Of a stretch of 63,136 nt of DNA, positions 58,400-63,136 are shown one piece after another. The notes beneath the pieces were generated by a model that ran no database searches, was not told where the DNA came from, and was given only the letters and a program-made list of their open reading frames with translations. The DNA comes from a virus (Duplodnaviria; Caudoviricetes), in IMG/VR virus record IMGVR_UViG_3300036770_007416, positions 1-63,136 of that record, one strand, 5' to 3'. Position numbers and translations under genes: made by a program. Numbering within the stretch: the stretch's first letter is position 1; every line of letters starts with the position of its first letter.

Positions 58400-60022
58400 A
58401 TGTTTTTTCAAAACACAGGAGATAATCAAGGTAGTGAGAACTTTGCAGACCGTATCAAAGAAGGTATTAAGGAGTCTGTAAATCTACTCGGAAACATTGG
58501 ACGTATCCAAGATGGTATCACCAACATCAACCGTGGATTTGGTGAAACTCGTGAAAGATATCAAGAATTTTCTAGAGTTGTCTCTGACAGTGTTTCAGAT
58601 ATCACACGATTAGGTGGGGGTGTTGCGGACATTGCTACGACAATAGAACAAATAGGTGTGGGTGCGAGAAGAAACGTAGTCGCTTCCAAAGAAACGTTAT
58701 TGGAGATTTTCGCCACCCAAAAATTTTTGGGACAAACTGTTGCGGGTATAGTCGAAAATTTTGCACAAATAGGTGTAGATTCTTCTATGATTGCTGAAAA
58801 CGTAGAAAACTCCGTTAATTACGTAAGAGGAATAGGACTTAATGCAATAACCATCATGAGTGACGTTTCTGCCAAAATGGATTTGATGAATAGATTCAAT
58901 TTCCAAGATGGTGTTTTAGGTCTCACAAAAATGGCTGCGCAGGCTTCAATGTTGAGATTTGATATGCAAAAAACCGCAGATTTTGCAGACAAGGTTATGA
59001 ATCCTGAAGGTGCAATTCAAACGGCTGCGGCATTCCAAAGACTTGGAGTTGCTTCAGGAGATTTAATTGACCCATTTGTTTTGATGGACAAATCAATAAA
59101 TGACCCTCAGGGACTTCAAGACTCACTAATTGACCTTACAAGACAGTTTACTTACTTCGATGAACAGGCTCAACAGTTTAGAATTAATCCTGGCGGGGTT
59201 AGGTTGATGAAAGAACTTGCTGAGGCTGCGGGTATGACGTATTCCGAGTTTTCCAAAACTGCAATATCGGCGGCTGACTTAGATAGAAGGTTATCTATGA
59301 TAAACTTTGAAATAGAGGCACCTGAAGAAGATAAACTTCTCATTGCTAATATGGCAAAAATGGGTGAGGGTGGTCGTTACTTCGTAGAAATTGAAGATAA
59401 GGGTCAAGTCGAATTGGGACAAATAACTCAGGAAGAGTTCGGAAAGTTAAGAGAATCATTTGAAGAACCAAAAACAATTGAAGAAATTCAAAGGAGTCAA
59501 TTGGATACGTTCAGGCAGGTATCCAACGATATTATAGCCTTACCATTGAGAATTGGATATGCTCTTGCGGGCCAAACAGGACTCGTTCGTGGTATCGAAA
59601 CCTTAAGGTTTGAAACAGACAAATTAGCCGAAAGATTTTTAGGCGAACAAGGATTCGGAACATCACAAGATTTTCGTGAAGGGTTCGAAGGTATGGGAGA
59701 TAAATTAATTGGAGACTTAAAAAGTGTCATTGCTGGTGAAATGACCACCACAGAGTTTCAGGCGAGTGCTATGTCGGCAATACGTGGTAATACTTCCCTT
59801 TTTCAAGAACAAGACAGAAGAAGAGGGTCCGCAGCAACAATTCAGACCGAAAGTAAAGTTGAAGTAGATGGGGATATAGTTATTCGGGTAGAAGCACCCA
59901 CAACTTTAAGTGAGCAACAAATTGATAGTATATTCAGTAAAAGAGAGGTACAAGAAAAAATATACCAAATAGTTTCGTCACAGGCTGATGTCGCTATTAG
60001 AAAATCTAAAAATAACAACTAA
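58400..60022 (+). CDS. tape measure-like protein
   Basis: Helical A/Q/G-rich 540 aa ORF immediately after tube and chaperone. Confidence 0.65.
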   Translation: MFFQNTGDNQGSENFADRIKEGIKESVNLLGNIGRIQDGITNINRGFGETRERYQEFSRVVSDSVSDITRLGGGVADIATTIEQIGVGARRNVVASKETLLEIFATQKFLGQTVAGIVENFAQIGVDSSMIAENVENSVNYVRGIGLNAITIMSDVSAKMDLMNRFNFQDGVLGLTKMAAQASMLRFDMQKTADFADKVMNPEGAIQTAAAFQRLGVASGDLIDPFVLMDKSINDPQGLQDSLIDLTRQFTYFDEQAQQFRINPGGVRLMKELAEAAGMTYSEFSKTAISAADLDRRLSMINFEIEAPEEDKLLIANMAKMGEGGRYFVEIEDKGQVELGQITQEEFGKLRESFEEPKTIEEIQRSQLDTFRQVSNDIIALPLRIGYALAGQTGLVRGIETLRFETDKLAERFLGEQGFGTSQDFREGFEGMGDKLIGDLKSVIAGEMTTTEFQASAMSAIRGNTSLFQEQDRRRGSAATIQTESKVEVDGDIVIRVEAPTTLSEQQIDSIFSKREVQEKIYQIVSSQADVAIRKSKNNN

Positions 60023-60046
60023 TTCTATTTATAGAATAAAAGAATA

Positions 60047-63000
60047 ATGGCCAGTCCACTCGATTTTCCTAGTTCAGAGGTCTTCAGAAAAAAACTTATT
60101 GTAAGAAACTTAGTTCCTTACAAAAAGACTCCTGGTTTACCGAGTGCCCCATTTCAATATGAAGTAGTACAGAGAGATTTATCTCCTGTTGATTCCAACG
60201 ATGCTCTTATTGACACACCTGTATTGGCTAATGGTTTATACCCACTCAATCAATATGGTGCTGACGGTGGTTACAAACAAGTAAGAGATGTTAACATTTT
60301 ACAAAACACCCGTAGTAACGAAGGTGAATATGGATACCAAGATGCTAACATAATCGATGAAGGATTCATTGCAGCACAAACGGGTTTCCCTGGAGTGGCA
60401 CCGGCTTGGAAACCCCTTAACGCATATGCCAGTACTGACCAATTAACTGACGCGGCTGGTTTTTTCGGTAGTTTAGAAATCTTAACTCAAAATAACGGAA
60501 GGAGTTCAAACGCTCAACCTTATCCTAATTTCAATTCTTCTTCGTACTCAACAATTAGTTTAATGTTGAATCCTGACCCTCAAGGTTCAAATGGTTTATT
60601 GTCGAGTGATTCTTATTTGGCAAAATTAGGTGCAACAAACCTAAAAAAACAAATCGAATATAATATTGGTCGAGAAATTAGACGTAACACTTTGGGACGT
60701 GCTAATTTTCTTAACGTAAATGGTGGGGAAGATATACTTGCATTCATTAATGGAAGGGTACCTTTATTAGAACCAAACTGGACAATTACTGAGGGTTCTA
60801 CAATTATTGGTGCTGCTGCGGGATTGTTGAATAGAATATCGGGTTCATATGCACCGTTTTCAGTCATACCAGGACAATATTTTGACCCACAAATCAATAG
60901 TGGTATACCTACAACGGGCCAACAGTTAGCTTCGGCATTTTTAGGCGCAAACTTAGCGGCTGGTATTGGTAGATTTTTTGCAAGACTTAATTCTCAGTCA
61001 AACTTAAGGGGGTCACAACTGTTCCTTGAAAATACTGGCGGAGGTCAACGTTCTCAACTATTCAAAAATTTAGATTACAACCTCTACAAGCCGGGTTACG
61101 ACCGACCGATTTTCGACCGAGTTGCTGGTGCTCTACAAGGTAGAAATACAAATAATGGGGAATATTATATTGGAAGTGTAAAAACGGAACCATCACAGGT
61201 ATTCTCACCTTCTGGTGATGTTCCTGTTGACCAATTTGGTAGAGAAATTCAATCTCCTGTTTATGGACCACAAGAGTTGGCTCAACTTTATGAGGGACCT
61301 GGACAAGCACTTAACTTGGGTGCTAACGGGCCAACATACAGTAGTGGTGGTGATATTGTGGGTGGGTTCACTTGGGTGTCTCCGAAGTTTAAGGGCAATG
61401 CGGGAAAGTATGTTGGATTGGGTGGAGACCCAATTGCCGAAGACCCTGACTTTAGACCATCTGCCTACCAACCAACAGAATCTACAGAATTCCAATTCAG
61501 ACAAGGGTCGATTATGGATGATACCCAACGTATCATTGACTCACAGCCAAGAGGAGGTAGAAGACTTCAACATGTCGGAAACGCAATTGACCAAGTATCG
61601 AAAGTGTTTAATGATGGGTATAAAGAAATCACAAAAGGTTCAAGAGTTAGAAGATATATTGGTGAAATCGGTGCCGAAGTGGGAATTGAATATTGTAGAA
61701 TATTCCAAAAAGATACTCCGTACCTACAATACAATGACCTTCAAAAAACTGATGGTATAACCACCGAAGGAAGAAGATTCGCTTATTCGATATTTGACAA
61801 AACTTACAACCTTAATATTGCCCCCAATAAAAGAGAAGGTGGACAAGACTCTACAAATATTATAGGTGGACCTGAGGGATATGCTAAAAAGTATATGTTC
61901 TCTTTAGAAAACTTGGCTTGGAGGACTTCGAACAGACCAGGTTTAACAGTTTCTGACTTACCTGTGTGTGAAAGAGGTCCAAATGGGGGTCGGGTTATGT
62001 GGTTCCCACCATACGGATTACAATTTAACGAGTCTGTAAGAGCATCGTTCAAATCAACTGATTTTATCGGTAGACCAGAACCTGTATTTACCTACTCCAA
62101 CACTTCTAGGTCGGGAACCCTTAATTGGAAGATAGTTGTCGACCACCCATCAGTGCTCAATATGTTGGTCAACAGAGTCTTAAACGACACCACCTTGAAA
62201 CAAAGGGCAGATGAAATTTTGGATTCTTTCTTTGCGGGATGTAGGAAATACGACCTTTATGAATTGGCAAGAAAATATTACACCGTTAACCCAAATGACA
62301 TTTTTGAAATTCAACAAAGATTGGAAACTAAAAATGTCACAAGAGAAGAAGTTCAGTATTATACAAGAACTATTCAAAGTGGGGGATTCAATACAACAAA
62401 TGGAGGTACTGCAGGGGTTTCAACTATTGCTGGAAGTTCTTCCTCACAGGTGGCAAATTCGGGATACAATTACCAATCGATAGTCAATTTTGGTTTTTAC
62501 TACGACAATGATATTCCTAAACCACCACCAGCTCAAACAACGAGCTTTCAGGGTTACTGGGATGCATACACTAGTCAATCGAATAAATCTAAATATCAAT
62601 CTAAAAGTACACCTTTGGGTCAGGCAACGAATGTTGCGAATTTCTTTACTCAAGTTGTTGAGGGAAACAAACAAGCTATTGATGTTGCCCTACGTAGCTT
62701 GAGTGACGACTTAACGAATGACCCAAGCGCGACCGCAACAATTTTATTGGAAGGAACGGCTTCGGCGCCACAAAAAGTGGATTACAACCAAAGATTATCT
62801 GTAAGAAGAAATGATGCGGTAATACAATACATTGCATCCATTGGTAACTTAGGTAGTTTGATAGACGTACAACTGTTCATTCAACAAAGAGCGTCTGGTG
62901 AAACTTCAACAGTAACTGTAAAGGGTGTAAACCAAACCGAAAATTTTGGAACCTACAATTGTGCGAGTGTTGTTGATGGTGCCGATAACCTTTCAAGTGA

Positions 63001-63136
63001 TGAGTTAATTTACACCATTAACGCAATGGCTTGTAGAAGAACTTCGATTGCCAACATTTCATATAACCCGTCAACCAAAATAGAAGAGGTTACTTCAACT
63101 GATGAAATACCTTTCTATAACACAGAAATCATTGAA
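60047..63136 (+). CDS. large baseplate/tube-initiator protein with OmpA-like domain (partial, runs off the window)
   Basis: ATG at 60047 after TATTTATA (60026); spot checks are in frame; DFIGRPEPVFTYSNTSRSG tube-like motif; EGTASA..YNQRLSVRR..V..CRR OmpA-like motif. Confidence 0.75.
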   Translation, partial: MASPLDFPSSEVFRKKLIVRNLVPYKKTPGLPSAPFQYEVVQRDLSPVDSNDALIDTPVLANGLYPLNQYGADGGYKQVRDVNILQNTRSNEGEYGYQDANIIDEGFIAAQTGFPGVAPAWKPLNAYASTDQLTDAAGFFGSLEILTQNNGRSSNAQPYPNFNSSSYSTISLMLNPDPQGSNGLLSSDSYLAKLGATNLKKQIEYNIGREIRRNTLGRANFLNVNGGEDILAFINGRVPLLEPNWTITEGSTIIGAAAGLLNRISGSYAPFSVIPGQYFDPQINSGIPTTGQQLASAFLGANLAAGIGRFFARLNSQSNLRGSQLFLENTGGGQRSQLFKNLDYNLYKPGYDRPIFDRVAGALQGRNTNNGEYYIGSVKTEPSQVFSPSGDVPVDQFGREIQSPVYGPQELAQLYEGPGQALNLGANGPTYSSGGDIVGGFTWVSPKFKGNAGKYVGLGGDPIAEDPDFRPSAYQPTESTEFQFRQGSIMDDTQRIIDSQPRGGRRLQHVGNAIDQVSKVFNDGYKEITKGSRVRRYIGEIGAEVGIEYCRIFQKDTPYLQYNDLQKTDGITTEGRRFAYSIFDKTYNLNIAPNKREGGQDSTNIIGGPEGYAKKYMFSLENLAWRTSNRPGLTVSDLPVCERGPNGGRVMWFPPYGLQFNESVRASFKSTDFIGRPEPVFTYSNTSRSGTLNWKIVVDHPSVLNMLVNRVLNDTTLKQRADEILDSFFAGCRKYDLYELARKYYTVNPNDIFEIQQRLETKNVTREEVQYYTRTIQSGGFNTTNGGTAGVSTIAGSSSSQVANSGYNYQSIVNFGFYYDNDIPKPPPAQTTSFQGYWDAYTSQSNKSKYQSKSTPLGQATNVANFFTQVVEGNKQAIDVALRSLSDDLTNDPSATATILLEGTASAPQKVDYNQRLSVRRNDAVIQYIASIGNLGSLIDVQLFIQQRASGETSTVTVKGVNQTENFGTYNCASVVDGADNLSSDELIYTINAMACRRTSIANISYNPSTKIEEVTSTDEIPFYNTEIIE

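Noticed and set aside
60613-62702. Short ORF-track entries at the right end
   Set aside because: They overlap the long ORF from 60047, which the track presumably omits because it has no stop in the window.
1-63136. Stop-codon reassignment, as in some Bacteroidota phages
   Set aside because: Polymerase, sheath and helicase are full length in the standard code, and TAG and TGA both end genes at tight junctions.
1-63136. tRNA or rRNA genes
   Set aside because: Intergenic gaps are short and no cloverleaf was seen by eye; tRNAscan was not run.

Overview
A 63-kb, AT-rich, gene-dense segment of a large myovirus-type (jumbo) dsDNA phage genome, read in the standard genetic code. Host-type promoters match the Bacteroidota TTG-N19/21-TAnnTTTG pattern and there are no Shine-Dalgarno motifs, so the host is probably a Bacteroidota. 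Almost all genes in 1-28160 are on the minus strand. They include a gp5-like spike/hub, a gp55-like late sigma factor, PhoH, dUTPase, an exonuclease, a WYL protein and an ~18-kb nucleotide-sugar/glycosyltransferase cluster (Gmd, Fcl/ColC, ColD-type dehydratase, three fucosyltransferase classes, methyltransferases, GT2/GT4). Positions 28209-42437 hold four virion-type proteins with long Thr/Pro mucin-like tracts, followed directly by a GT60 polypeptide GlcNAc-transferase, a GT25 and two HtrL-family genes. The rest encodes a family B DNA polymerase, neck proteins, a SOD-nuclease fusion, an SNF2 helicase and a contractile-tail module (sheath, tube, chaperone with a probable +1 frameshift, tape measure, and a baseplate protein running off the window). 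The best candidate for an undescribed system is phage-encoded mucin-type O-glycosylation of the phage's own mucin-like virion proteins. All family calls come from motifs recognised by eye; no database searches were run.
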